Assembly (NCBI GenBank): GCA_003056265.1
Contig: NBVN01000007.1
Coordinates: 16,381-48,380 of the forward strand
DNA: 32,000 nucleotides
Direction of reading: 5' to 3'
Source: Zestosphaera tikiterensis
Lineage (GTDB): Archaea; Thermoproteota; Thermoprotei_A; Sulfolobales; NBVN01
Shown here piece after piece: positions 14,775 to 22,280 of this stretch. A program made the translations under genes and the position numbers. Numbering within the stretch: the first letter of the stretch is position 1; each line of letters opens with the position of its first letter. The notes beneath the pieces were generated by a model that was not told the origin of the DNA, did no database searches, and saw only the letters and a program-made list of their open reading frames with translations.

Positions 14775-15626
14775 GAGATACTCCTCTAGGAAAAGGGCCG
14801 ACATAACAACTTTATCACCTACAGCTACCTTTATCACTCTGTCTGTATACTTCTTATAATACCATACAATGCCATCAATTAGAGCTATGCCCTTTATTTT
14901 TACTCCTTTCATGACTCTCAGCATCTCCTCCATTTTTTCAACGAAGTTAAGTGTATTGCCTAGGTCTCTGTTTTGGGATCCACCTGGCGTGCTCAGAAAC
15001 CTTGCCTCACCCACTATATAGATATCTTTAACTTTAGCTATTACATCGCGATTAAAGAACCCCTGTTCTGGTTCTTTTAGTCCAAGTCTATTCTTTATGA
15101 AATCTGCTATTGATTCATCTGAACCTGCGTAAATACATATTTCATTGCTCCTACATTCTAGTAGCTGATTTGGATTGTTTACAACGTTAAAAGGCTCTTT
15201 TCTAAACTTTCTATTTATCCACTCCTTGAACTTCGCTCCAAGCATTCGGTTTATATCTTTAGGTCTTTCTACTCCTCTTATTATGTTGTCTAGACCCAGA
15301 GAAGCTGTGGCCTCGGCTAATATCCTAATAATTTGAGGGTTACAACTTATGACCTTTTTACGATTAGAATCTCCTAAGTGACGCAATAGAGCTGCATAAG
15401 GATGTTCTATAGGGAATGGATAATCCTTTAAACTAATTAGAAGAGTAACTAAATCTTCGTATTTTTCGCTTTGATAGAGACGTACTATCTGGTTCTTAAC
15501 GTTATTTGGAAGAGGCCTTTCAGGAGGAAGTTCTGCAGGATAAATCTCAAGCAATTTATCAAGATAATTGCTTTTCTGAGCTAATTCCCATGTTTTCAAC
15601 GTCCATGGATTAAGCCTATCTAACAA
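14736..15626 (-). CDS. hypothetical 296-aa protein; candidate type II restriction endonuclease partner of the methyltransferase
   Basis: It is convergent with the MTase and the 3' ends overlap by 39 nt. A possible PD-(D/E)xK-like segment is RDVIAKVKDIYIVGEARF (D...E-x-R). The functional call is mainly contextual. That it is a real coding gene is considerably more certain than the listed confidence, which refers to the endonuclease assignment. Confidence 0.55.
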   Translation of the reverse strand: MLDRLNPWTLKTWELAQKSNYLDKLLEIYPAELPPERPLPNNVKNQIVRLYQSEKYEDLVTLLISLKDYPFPIEHPYAALLRHLGDSNRKKVISCNPQIIRILAEATASLGLDNIIRGVERPKDINRMLGAKFKEWINRKFRKEPFNVVNNPNQLLECRSNEICIYAGSDESIADFIKNRLGLKEPEQGFFNRDVIAKVKDIYIVGEARFLSTPGGSQNRDLGNTLNFVEKMEEMLRVMKGVKIKGIALIDGIVWYYKKYTDRVIKVAVGDKVVMSALFLEEYLLDTFEELSQPFR

Positions 15627-15707
15627 TAGTAATCCCCCTATAGATGTTTCTGAAACTCAATATATGTTTACTGAGTTGATGATCAGGCTCTTGCTAGAGA
15701 TTAGAGT

Positions 15708-15813
15708 TAGATTTTCAAAGCTTCAAGCGTAGGGCTTACCCTTATATACTGCTTAAGTGTAAATTTGCACCTACAGAGAAATTAGATTTTCTGGATTTGC
15801 CCCCTGAAAATCT
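15708..15813 (-). repeat. copy M of the ~100-nt GTGTAAATTT(A/G)CAC element, in the same orientation as copy L
   Basis: The module order is TAGATTTTC (15708), GTGTAAATTTGCAC (15757..15770), ATTAGATTTTC (15781), TGAAAATCT (15805), the same as in L. AGATTTTC-N14-GAAAATCT can form an 8-bp hairpin. Confidence 0.7.
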
Positions 15814-15913
15814 GCTATTGCAGAGATTCCACTTGCAATTTTAGTTATAGACACTTCCCATTACTTTGTTTAGCTTGATGCCGCATGATTATTTCATACG
15901 CATAACCCCGCCT

Positions 15914-16426
15914 TCACCCTTTCTTTTTAAGTATTTTCTCTAGTCTTTTATGTACTGCCGATTTGCTAAGCCCTACCTCCTTAGCTATTTCTCTAATCGA
16001 TAATCCCTTACTATGTAGTGCTAGGATCTTCAGGTCTAGGAACTTATCCCTGCCTTCTTTAGCTGATGTGTTGCCTGTCTTAGCAGGTTCCTCAACCTCC
16101 TTACTTTTGCTTCCTTTACTTAAGATCACGTCCTCTAGGGTTAATAGTCTGTCCTCAAACTCTTTAACCCTAGCTCCGTAGTCCGCAATCCCTGCTTCGA
16201 TGGAGTTAAGCCTCTCAGTAACTTCCTTAAGGTTTTTAAGGTCTTCTTTAAACCTCATGAACTCACTTGAAAGCTCTTTAAAACCATCCCTCAACACGTT
16301 AACCTCACCCCTTAAGGTTATGAGGCCGTAGTAAGCTTTAACTAAGAAATAACCCTCAACACACAAACCAACAGCGAAAGCAACGAAAGCGAGGAAAGCA
16401 ATCAAATCCATAGCCGCGTCCACCAC
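15914..16426 (-). CDS. membrane-anchored coiled-coil protein with a C-terminal HTH
   Basis: 170 aa. The N-terminal TM helix is LIAFLAFVAFAVGLCVEGYFLV, followed by a heptad-rich middle. The C-terminus GLSIREIAKEVGLSKSAVHKRLEKILKK is a LuxR/sigma-r4/resolvase-type HTH. Confidence 0.7.
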   Translation of the reverse strand: MVDAAMDLIAFLAFVAFAVGLCVEGYFLVKAYYGLITLRGEVNVLRDGFKELSSEFMRFKEDLKNLKEVTERLNSIEAGIADYGARVKEFEDRLLTLEDVILSKGSKSKEVEEPAKTGNTSAKEGRDKFLDLKILALHSKGLSIREIAKEVGLSKSAVHKRLEKILKKKG

Positions 16427-16430
16427 CCCT

Positions 16431-16543
16431 GGACAGTGGACAGTCGGTGGACACTGTCCACCCGTCCAAAAACAAAACTTAAGGTGGGGAACACCTTAAA
16501 AACACGCAACTTAAATACTGTCCACCACCGTCCTAGTGGACAG
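16431..16543. promoter_or_regulatory. cluster of six GGACAG/CTGTCC hexamers upstream of the TM-HTH gene
   Basis: GGACAG lies at 16431, 16438 and 16538, GGACAC at 16449, and CTGTCC at 16454 and 16518. GTGGACAGTCGG occurs twice, and GTGGACA-C-TGTCCAC is palindromic. Confidence 0.5.
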
Positions 16544-16637
16544 TCGGGCACTTAAAATAAAGTTAGAAAGGGATGTGGTTTTTATAACTGTCTCATATCT
16601 ATCTAATGGGTTTGTAAACCTGATTTACTACTTAACT
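16518..16637 (+). repeat. direct repeat A (partner B at 22281..22457)
   Basis: The first 53 nt match B at about 47/53. Later shared blocks are TCTCA(T/C)ATCTATCTA and an exact 18-mer GTTTGTAAACCTGATTTA. B carries an extra ~57 nt. Confidence 0.8.
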
Positions 16638-16730
16638 AACCTACTATGGGTTAAAACCGTCTTACATTTATTTTCTATTTAGGGAAACTACAGCAACCCA
16701 TTAAGGGTAGGAGGAGATACTTAAAGGATG

Positions 16731-17312
16731 TTAAGGAGGTTTCAGCAACACTATATACATTCTTTTAATTAGTGAATCGTAAGTTCCTATATCATATCTT
16801 AACGTTACCTTCGGCTCTATTTCATCTATAAGTTCTATTTCTTTATCCCACGTATAGGAATACTCAACTATTACTATTAGGTATAGGTTTTTCTTCGTGA
16901 TGTTAGCGTTGTTAGTTACGTATATTCGTATTTTCTCAACATAACCGAAGGAATCCTTTACAAAAGATGCGGTGATGTTGATGTCTGAATCCATACTACA
17001 TATAACGACCGTATTATTTACCTGAATTGAGATATATGGGTTTATGAATACCCCCTTAGTTACGGTGGTTGTTATAGTGTTTGTTATAACGTATGGTACG
17101 CTAACGGTATGTATTTCATACTCTGTTCGTGTAAACGTATATGCCTTCACTATAGTGCTGTATTCCGTATATGGTGAAGTAATCGTTTTAGTTACGGTAG
17201 TTACTTCACTCGGTAATGAAAGCCGATTAATGCTATACGCTATCATAGCTATAAGTATTATGAAAAACAATACCTTTAATAAAGTATTCCTACTAGACAT
17301 TAACGACCCCAC
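16731..17312 (-). CDS. hypothetical N-terminally anchored or secreted protein with a Thr-rich region
   Basis: 193 aa. The N-terminal hydrophobic helix is LLKVLFFIILIAMIAYSI, followed by T/V/Y-rich beta-like sequence. Confidence 0.6.
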   Translation of the reverse strand: MGSLMSSRNTLLKVLFFIILIAMIAYSINRLSLPSEVTTVTKTITSPYTEYSTIVKAYTFTRTEYEIHTVSVPYVITNTITTTVTKGVFINPYISIQVNNTVVICSMDSDINITASFVKDSFGYVEKIRIYVTNNANITKKNLYLIVIVEYSYTWDKEIELIDEIEPKVTLRYDIGTYDSLIKRMYIVLLKPP

Positions 17313-17934
17313 ATCATAACTATAGAGTAAACACCTTTAAACTTAGTTATCCCTACTTAACACCTAAGTACTGTGATGCCTTCTTTTCAGCTTCTCCTAC
17401 GATTTCGCGGTATATCCTTGGACCTTTCAACATCTCTTCATTCTGACGCTTCCCTCGACAAACTCCTCAACGCACTTAAATGCATTCTTAAATTCGGCAT
17501 CGCTGAGCAGATGTTTCAGTATCTCAACGATATAGTCAATCCTTAGAGTAAGCTAGAAGAAAAGTGGAGAAGCGTACTAACCTCAGGGTTCGAGAGGCAC
17601 GGCTTGCAGTTCTGTTCCTCAGTTACCGTTATTCATCGGGGGGTTATTGCTTCGTCTTTCCGCATTATAGAATTGAGATGCGTAGTGTTGATTATGCTTA
17701 AGACAAGAAGTGTGATAGCTATCGATGGTATCATTACTTTATCACTGCATTATAACTACCTAGCACTATCACACTTTTGATTATGGGATACTCTTTAAAG
17801 CTATTCCTTTTGAAACTAATTATTCTCAGAACCAATCCAATCTTTCTTTTCAACATTTCCAGAAACAAGGAGCTATTTTGGGTTATATCTTATTAAAAGA
17901 TTCTACATCTATAGATTAAATGGAGGTGTAGGGA

Positions 17935-18222
17935 GTGAAATGCCTAGAGAGCGACTATAGTTATAGTGGAGCTAAAGTTCACGTGGTGGTGTATACTTCA
18001 TCTGAAGATATATGCAGGGAGGTTAAAGATGCAGAATCGAGAGGAGTTGCTGGTGTTATGGAGTTTCTCGAAAGGCATGGTGGATGCTATGTAAAATCTG
18101 AGAAACCTCTAGTTGCTGAGTCAGGAGATGGAAGTGTATCTGTTGAGATAAAGCCCATGAACTTTATTGCTAGAACCTTCTGGGCTTCAGCAGTAGAGAA
18201 GGCTAGGGAAGTCTGTAGATAG
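17935..18222 (+). CDS. hypothetical 95-aa protein
   Basis: GTG start preceded by GGAGGTG. No motif recognised. Confidence 0.45.
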   Translation: MKCLESDYSYSGAKVHVVVYTSSEDICREVKDAESRGVAGVMEFLERHGGCYVKSEKPLVAESGDGSVSVEIKPMNFIARTFWASAVEKAREVCR

Positions 18223-18327
18223 TGCACTATACTGTCTAAAAAAGATCGGCTCATTATAACGTTGCTGATGCGTGTTTGAATAAAAGTTATGAACATGGAT
18301 GCTAGGTATTGAGCTAGGTGTTAAGTA

Positions 18328-19350
18328 ATGAGAGTGGGTGTTATCGGTTGTGGCGGTGCTGGCGAAACCCACGTTAGAGGGTATTTAGAGAATGGTTTTA
18401 ACGTAGGAAGTATATACCTATGTGATGTGGATAAAGGTAGAGTTACTGACGTAGCTAGTTCTTTCAACATACCGAGTGAGAACGTCTTCTACGGGGATAA
18501 ATGCCACCTAGATTTTATCGGTAAAGTCGACGTTGTTAGCATAGCTACACCACCTTTCGAAAGGGTTAACATAGTTGAGGACTTATCTCAATACGTTAAA
18601 GGCGTTTTAATAGAGAAACCCCTCGCCCATAACGTTGAGGACGCTGTTAGAATCGTAAATATCTTAAGAAGCTACGGGGTTGTTGACGCTATGGTTTATA
18701 ACTTGAGGTTCTCGCCGGTGTTTGACTACCTTAAAGGCGTTATTAAGGATGCTTCCGTTGTGTTCGTATATCATGAGTTTGGATTCGATTATTTAAACGC
18801 AACTGGTTGGAGGGGTAAGCCTGAGTTTGGCGGTGATCACATTGTCGAGCTCGATATACACGTCATTAACTACGTTAGGTATCTTTTAGGTGAGCCTAAA
18901 GCCATACATTCACATGCTTACGACTGCGTTAATGAAGGGATGTGTAGAGACGTATATACGATATTCTACTTCAGCAGCAATTCCGCCCACACCTACGTAA
19001 GGCATGGAACTGGCAGATCCGGCGATAGGTATTTCTACATGAACGTAGAGGTTCACAACCCTATGGACGACAGCTACAGAGCCTTCACCGACTGGCCTAA
19101 CTTCAAATTACTGCATGGAAGTAGGGAGGTGCCTATCGAAGAACCACATATATGGAGAAACATCTACATTACAAACATTATTAAAAACTTCATAAGCAGC
19201 GTTAAAGGCGTTGAGAAACCCAAGGCAAACGCTATAGACGGCTATAGAGACCTCACTATAGCTTACAGCATTAGAAAATCCATCAAGGAAGGCTATAGAT
19301 TAAATAAACACGTAATTGGAAAGCCCGTAGAAATAGAGTATATACTATAG
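18328..19350 (+). CDS. Gfo/Idh/MocA-family NAD(P)-dependent oxidoreductase
   Basis: 340 aa. The N-terminal Rossmann motif is MRVGVIGCGGAGETH, and the family EKP motif is present in VLIEKPLA. Confidence 0.85.
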   Translation: MRVGVIGCGGAGETHVRGYLENGFNVGSIYLCDVDKGRVTDVASSFNIPSENVFYGDKCHLDFIGKVDVVSIATPPFERVNIVEDLSQYVKGVLIEKPLAHNVEDAVRIVNILRSYGVVDAMVYNLRFSPVFDYLKGVIKDASVVFVYHEFGFDYLNATGWRGKPEFGGDHIVELDIHVINYVRYLLGEPKAIHSHAYDCVNEGMCRDVYTIFYFSSNSAHTYVRHGTGRSGDRYFYMNVEVHNPMDDSYRAFTDWPNFKLLHGSREVPIEEPHIWRNIYITNIIKNFISSVKGVEKPKANAIDGYRDLTIAYSIRKSIKEGYRLNKHVIGKPVEIEYIL

Positions 19351-19374
19351 ACTAGATTTACGTCCATATATAGG

Positions 19375-19402
19375 CTTCAGTCTTTCCGTCTCTATTGTTA
19401 CA
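19375..19402. repeat. solitary sequence resembling the CRISPR repeat
   Basis: CTTCAGTCTTT-CCGTCT-CTATTGTTAC compares with repeat 1, CTTTCAGTCTTT-TT-CTATTGTTTC. Two flanks of about 10-11 nt match around a 4-nt insertion. It lies 25 nt after the oxidoreductase stop. Confidence 0.3.
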
Positions 19403-19538
19403 CAGCTTCCTATGTAGATAGAAGCTAAATACTAGAAAGAAACCTATCGAGGGACTTACGGGAGACGTATAAATTAAGAAGAATATGCTTGTTCATGCTT
19501 ACTGCGAGAAATCACGAAATCTTTTAAGTGCTCTGTGT

Positions 19539-19868
19539 TTAATACTCGCATATAACAACGCATGGTGTGAGGACCTCAACGTTTTTAACTAACCTACCCT
19601 CGAAGTCTCTAACTCTTATGGCTGCCGCGTTTTTATCCTTCCTAACGAACACTTCAGCTTTCAAACCCTTCCCCCTCTCAACGCTTTTTAAGATTTCGAA
19701 AACACCGAATTGAGTGATTAGTTGGATGGACTTCATAGGCTGCCTACCGTAGAAAACCTCCTCAGCCTCAACCCTTAACCGAGTTGAAGTTAAGCTGGTG
19801 TAGCTGAAGCCAACGCTACGCGTTGAACCCACCCTTAACCCCCTCAACCACTTTGATAAGCTTAACAA
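19539..19868 (-). CDS. hypothetical protein with uncertain start (an internal ATG at 19736 would give 65 aa)
   Basis: The annotated TTG start and the first six codons (MLSLSK) are simply the translation of the repeated motif at 19851..19869, so the N-terminus is doubtful. No motif recognised. Confidence 0.35.
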   Translation of the reverse strand: MLSLSKWLRGLRVGSTRSVGFSYTSLTSTRLRVEAEEVFYGRQPMKSIQLITQFGVFEILKSVERGKGLKAEVFVRKDKNAAAIRVRDFEGRLVKNVEVLTPCVVICEY

Positions 19869-19897
19869 AGCTTATAAACTTTGATAAACTTAACAAA
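19851..19897. promoter_or_regulatory. two motif copies (b: CTTTGATAAGCTTAACAAA; c: CTTTGATAAACTTAACAAA) bracketing a TATA-like TTATAAA
   Basis: Copies lie at 19851..19869 and 19879..19897, with the TATA-like box at 19873..19879. The ATG of the Zn-ribbon gene is at 19909, which suggests a leaderless transcript with an operator-flanked TATA box. Confidence 0.6.
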
Positions 19898-19908
19898 GCG
19901 GTGGACTT

Positions 19909-20259
19909 ATGGGTGGTGAGGAACGTAAGCCTTCATGCCCTAGGTGTGGCTTACCTATCGAGCGTTTAGTAAGTAAGAAGGTTTTCGGGAGGGTTTATAT
20001 ATACGCATACCATAGGGGTGGTAGGCAATGTTACTTAGGTCCTGAGGGTGAGTACGTCCTCGTGTCTAAACTTCAGCCATTCACACTCTACCCAATACAC
20101 GACGCGGATAGGTTAGTTGATTACGCGTTCGGCTTCCTAGAATCTATAACACACGAATCTCAAAAACTCACTAAAGAACAAATAAAACAAGTAATAGAAT
20201 ACCTACGTGAAACACTAGAGAAGTTAGAGGAAGAGCTGAAAAGAAGAGAAGGAGGCTAA
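19909..20259 (+). CDS. zinc-ribbon protein with a C-terminal coiled coil
   Basis: 116 aa. CPRCG is followed later by QCYLGP. The C-terminus is E/K-rich and helical. It lies directly upstream of orc1/cdc6 in the same orientation. Confidence 0.7.
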   Translation: MGGEERKPSCPRCGLPIERLVSKKVFGRVYIYAYHRGGRQCYLGPEGEYVLVSKLQPFTLYPIHDADRLVDYAFGFLESITHESQKLTKEQIKQVIEYLRETLEKLEEELKRREGG

Positions 20260-20339
20260 CACCTTCCTCTACTTAGGTGGGGTTAGCGGAATTTTGAGCG
20301 TGTTTGCAGACCGTTAAGTTTATTTTAGCGGAAAAAGAC

Positions 20340-20376
20340 GGGTGTTAGGGGAAATAGGGGGAAGTAGGGGTTTGGG
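20340..20376 (+). other. canonical G-quadruplex-forming motif upstream of orc1/cdc6
   Basis: G-runs lie at GGG 20340-42, GGGG 20348-51, GGGGG 20357-61, GGGG 20367-70 and GGG 20374-76, with loops of 5, 5 and 3 nt. It ends 10 nt before the ATG at 20386. A TTTATTTTA TATA-like box lies at about 20319. Confidence 0.6.
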
Positions 20377-20385
20377 TGTTCCTCC

Positions 20386-21426
20386 ATGAAAATTCTAAAC
20401 ATTGAAGCGTTATTTCATGACTACATACCGTCGTCTCTACCCTGTAGGGAAGTTGAGTACAGTCGAATTGCTGAAGAATTCATGTTTGTTGATAAGGGGT
20501 TTATGCCTTCGAACATCGTTGTTTTAGGTCCGACGGGAAGCGGTAAGACAGTTACTGTTAGGAAGGTGTTAAGTGATATGAAGGTGAATTACGTCTATAC
20601 GGTCGCTGATAAGTTGGCGTACGCGACGCTCGTGTCTATTGCGGAGAACCTAATTAAAAAGAGGTTGTGGGGTTTCTCGTTTGCGGATGTGTGGCGAAGG
20701 CTTGATGAGGCGTTGGATAAGAACGTAACTATAGTGATAGATGAGGCGGAGAGGTTTATAATGAAGGACGAGAGGAGTGATGAGCTCCTCTACTATCTAA
20801 GCAGGAGACCTAAGACGAGCGTTATCCTCATAAGTAAGGTGATGAACGTCTTAGATTACGTGCGGGATGCGGGGGTTCGGTCCTCCCTACGTTCTAAAGT
20901 AGTTGTTTTCAAACCTTATAACGCTGATGAGTTGCTGAGGATCTTAACTGAGAGGGCGAGGGAGGCGTTCGAAGGGGATTTTGCTGAGGAGGGTGTGTTA
21001 AGCTACATTTCAGCTATAGCGGCTCAACGCGGAGGGGACGCGAGGTACGCGATAGACATCTTAAGGGAGGCTGTGAAGTGGGCGTTAAAGACTGGAAGCG
21101 AAAAGATAACGCTGGAGCACGCTGAAAAAGCGAAGAAAAGCGTTGAGGAGAGGTACGTGGAGGAAAGCATGTCAGCACTTTCCACAGCACAGAAGCTAAT
21201 GCTTCTCGCTGCGGTGAAGTCAAGAACTGTTGGGGAGGCTTACAGAAACTTCAACGAGTTAGCGATGAAATACCTCGGAACAACCTACAGCGAAAGAAGG
21301 TTAAGAGACATCCTCGGGGAACTGGAGGAGATGGGCTTCATCTCAATAAAGAGAGAAAAGAAAAGCTGGATCATAGAGAAAAGCACGTGGCTGCCGAAAA
21401 ACATAGAATCATACCTAACACCCTAA
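20386..21426 (+). CDS. orc1/cdc6: Orc1/Cdc6 replication initiator, a short and divergent 346-aa form
   Basis: Walker A is GPTGSGKT and Walker B is IVIDEAE. GGDARYAIDILREA is the hallmark Orc1/Cdc6 sensor-2 region. The C-terminal winged helix is RLRDILGELEEMGFISIKRE. Confidence 0.9.
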   Translation: MKILNIEALFHDYIPSSLPCREVEYSRIAEEFMFVDKGFMPSNIVVLGPTGSGKTVTVRKVLSDMKVNYVYTVADKLAYATLVSIAENLIKKRLWGFSFADVWRRLDEALDKNVTIVIDEAERFIMKDERSDELLYYLSRRPKTSVILISKVMNVLDYVRDAGVRSSLRSKVVVFKPYNADELLRILTERAREAFEGDFAEEGVLSYISAIAAQRGGDARYAIDILREAVKWALKTGSEKITLEHAEKAKKSVEERYVEESMSALSTAQKLMLLAAVKSRTVGEAYRNFNELAMKYLGTTYSERRLRDILGELEEMGFISIKREKKSWIIEKSTWLPKNIESYLTP

Positions 21427-21456
21427 CACAGACACCCCCGGGGGTATTTCCGGTAA
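21423..21456 (+). repeat. ORB-like origin element, left arm of a 34-nt inverted repeat
   Basis: CTAACACAGACACCCCCGGGGGTATTTCCGGTAA overlaps the orc1 stop codon. It matches the reverse complement of 21878..21911 at 33/34. The TTCCGG dyad plus G/C string is reminiscent of crenarchaeal origin recognition boxes. Confidence 0.75.
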
Positions 21457-21515
21457 AAATCGAAACTGTAAACTCTGCAATTTTAGTTTTATCATTCTCT
21501 CATTATAGAACCTTC

Positions 21516-21655
21516 TATTAATAAAAATTAAAAATAAAAATTTAATAAAAATAAAAATAAAAAATAAAAATAAAATTTAAAATTAATTAAATAAATTAAA
21601 AATTATTTCTTATTCTATATTAATTATATTATTTTTATTTAATGAATTCTTTATT
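21516..21655. other. duplex unwinding element of a replication origin
   Basis: 21516..21608 is an uninterrupted 93-nt run of A/T with phased A-tracts (ATAAAAATAAAAATAAAAAATAAAAATAAAA). Only a handful of G/C occur up to 21655. Confidence 0.8.
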
Positions 21656-21828
21656 TAGAGATCATGATACAAACCGCGCCTTCAATGCTTTTGCTTATTT
21701 GCACATCGGTCTCTTTTGAAGATTCTCATGTGATAGTATGGAAGGATTTTCGGTTTTTTGATGGTGGTTTTGAATTTTGTTTTTATTTTTGTGTTTTTTG
21801 TTTTGTTTTCGTTCTCTTTATTGTTTGT

Positions 21829-21846
21829 TTTGATAAGCTTATCAAA
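21829..21846. promoter_or_regulatory. copy d of the motif, a perfect 18-bp palindrome TTTGATAAGCTTATCAAA
   Basis: The sequence is self-complementary. It lies inside the origin, 32 nt left of the right ORB-like arm. Confidence 0.65.
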
Positions 21847-21877
21847 GAACTTTTCTGATCTGCATATCTTTTAGTGG

Positions 21878-21911
21878 TTACCGGAAATACCCCCGGGGGT
21901 GTCTGCGTTAG
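21878..21911 (-). repeat. ORB-like origin element, right arm of the 34-nt inverted repeat
   Basis: TTACCGGAAATACCCCCGGGGGTGTCTGCGTTAG. A further ORB-like sequence, GGTTTCCACTTGAAGTGAACTCCCCC, lies at about 21937..21962. Confidence 0.75.
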
Positions 21912-22152
21912 TAATTTTGGGTTTCTCTGGTTTTGGTTTCCACTTGAAGTGAACTCCCCCTTCCTTTCTGTGTTAGTTTTCTTAACTTGAAGCATTTACC
22001 TACAGAAGTACTTACTTGAAGTGTTTGAAGTTCTCGTCATGTCGTATTCACGCGCGGGGTAACGCAGGACTGTTCAGCTTCCGTTTCGTTTTATCGAGTT
22101 CTCTACCTACAGATCATGACACAAACTCCACTTGCATTTTCTGCGTGGTTTG

Positions 22153-22264
22153 GATAAGCTTATCAGAAACACATCATTTAAAGTTAGTAGTTGCTGCGTG
22201 TGTATCGTAACTCTCACTCTAGAAGCGAGGCTGAATTAATGTTTCTTATTGATAAGCTTATCAG
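22153..22264. promoter_or_regulatory. copies e (TGGATAAGCTTATCAG, core 22153..22164) and f (TTGATAAGCTTATCAG, 22249..22264) of the palindromic motif
   Basis: The exact 12-mer GATAAGCTTATC occurs at both positions, as it does in copy d. Confidence 0.6.
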
Positions 22265-22280
22265 AGTTCCTGCGCTTTAG

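Noticed and set aside
17340-17560. Minus-strand fragments (IDYIVEILKHLLSDAEFKNAFKCVEEF... and LKGPRIYREIVGEAEKKASQYLGV) that could be a decayed HEPN/DUF86-type gene
   Set aside because: There are only two short frames separated by a frameshift. The resemblance rests on a GEA-containing helix, which is too weak to call without a profile search.
21664-22210. ORFs 21664..21858, 21783..21995 and 22016..22210
   Set aside because: They lie in the origin region. Their sequences are low-complexity (FCF/KTK repeats from the G/T-skewed tract) or span the ORB-like repeat, so they are better explained as non-coding origin DNA.
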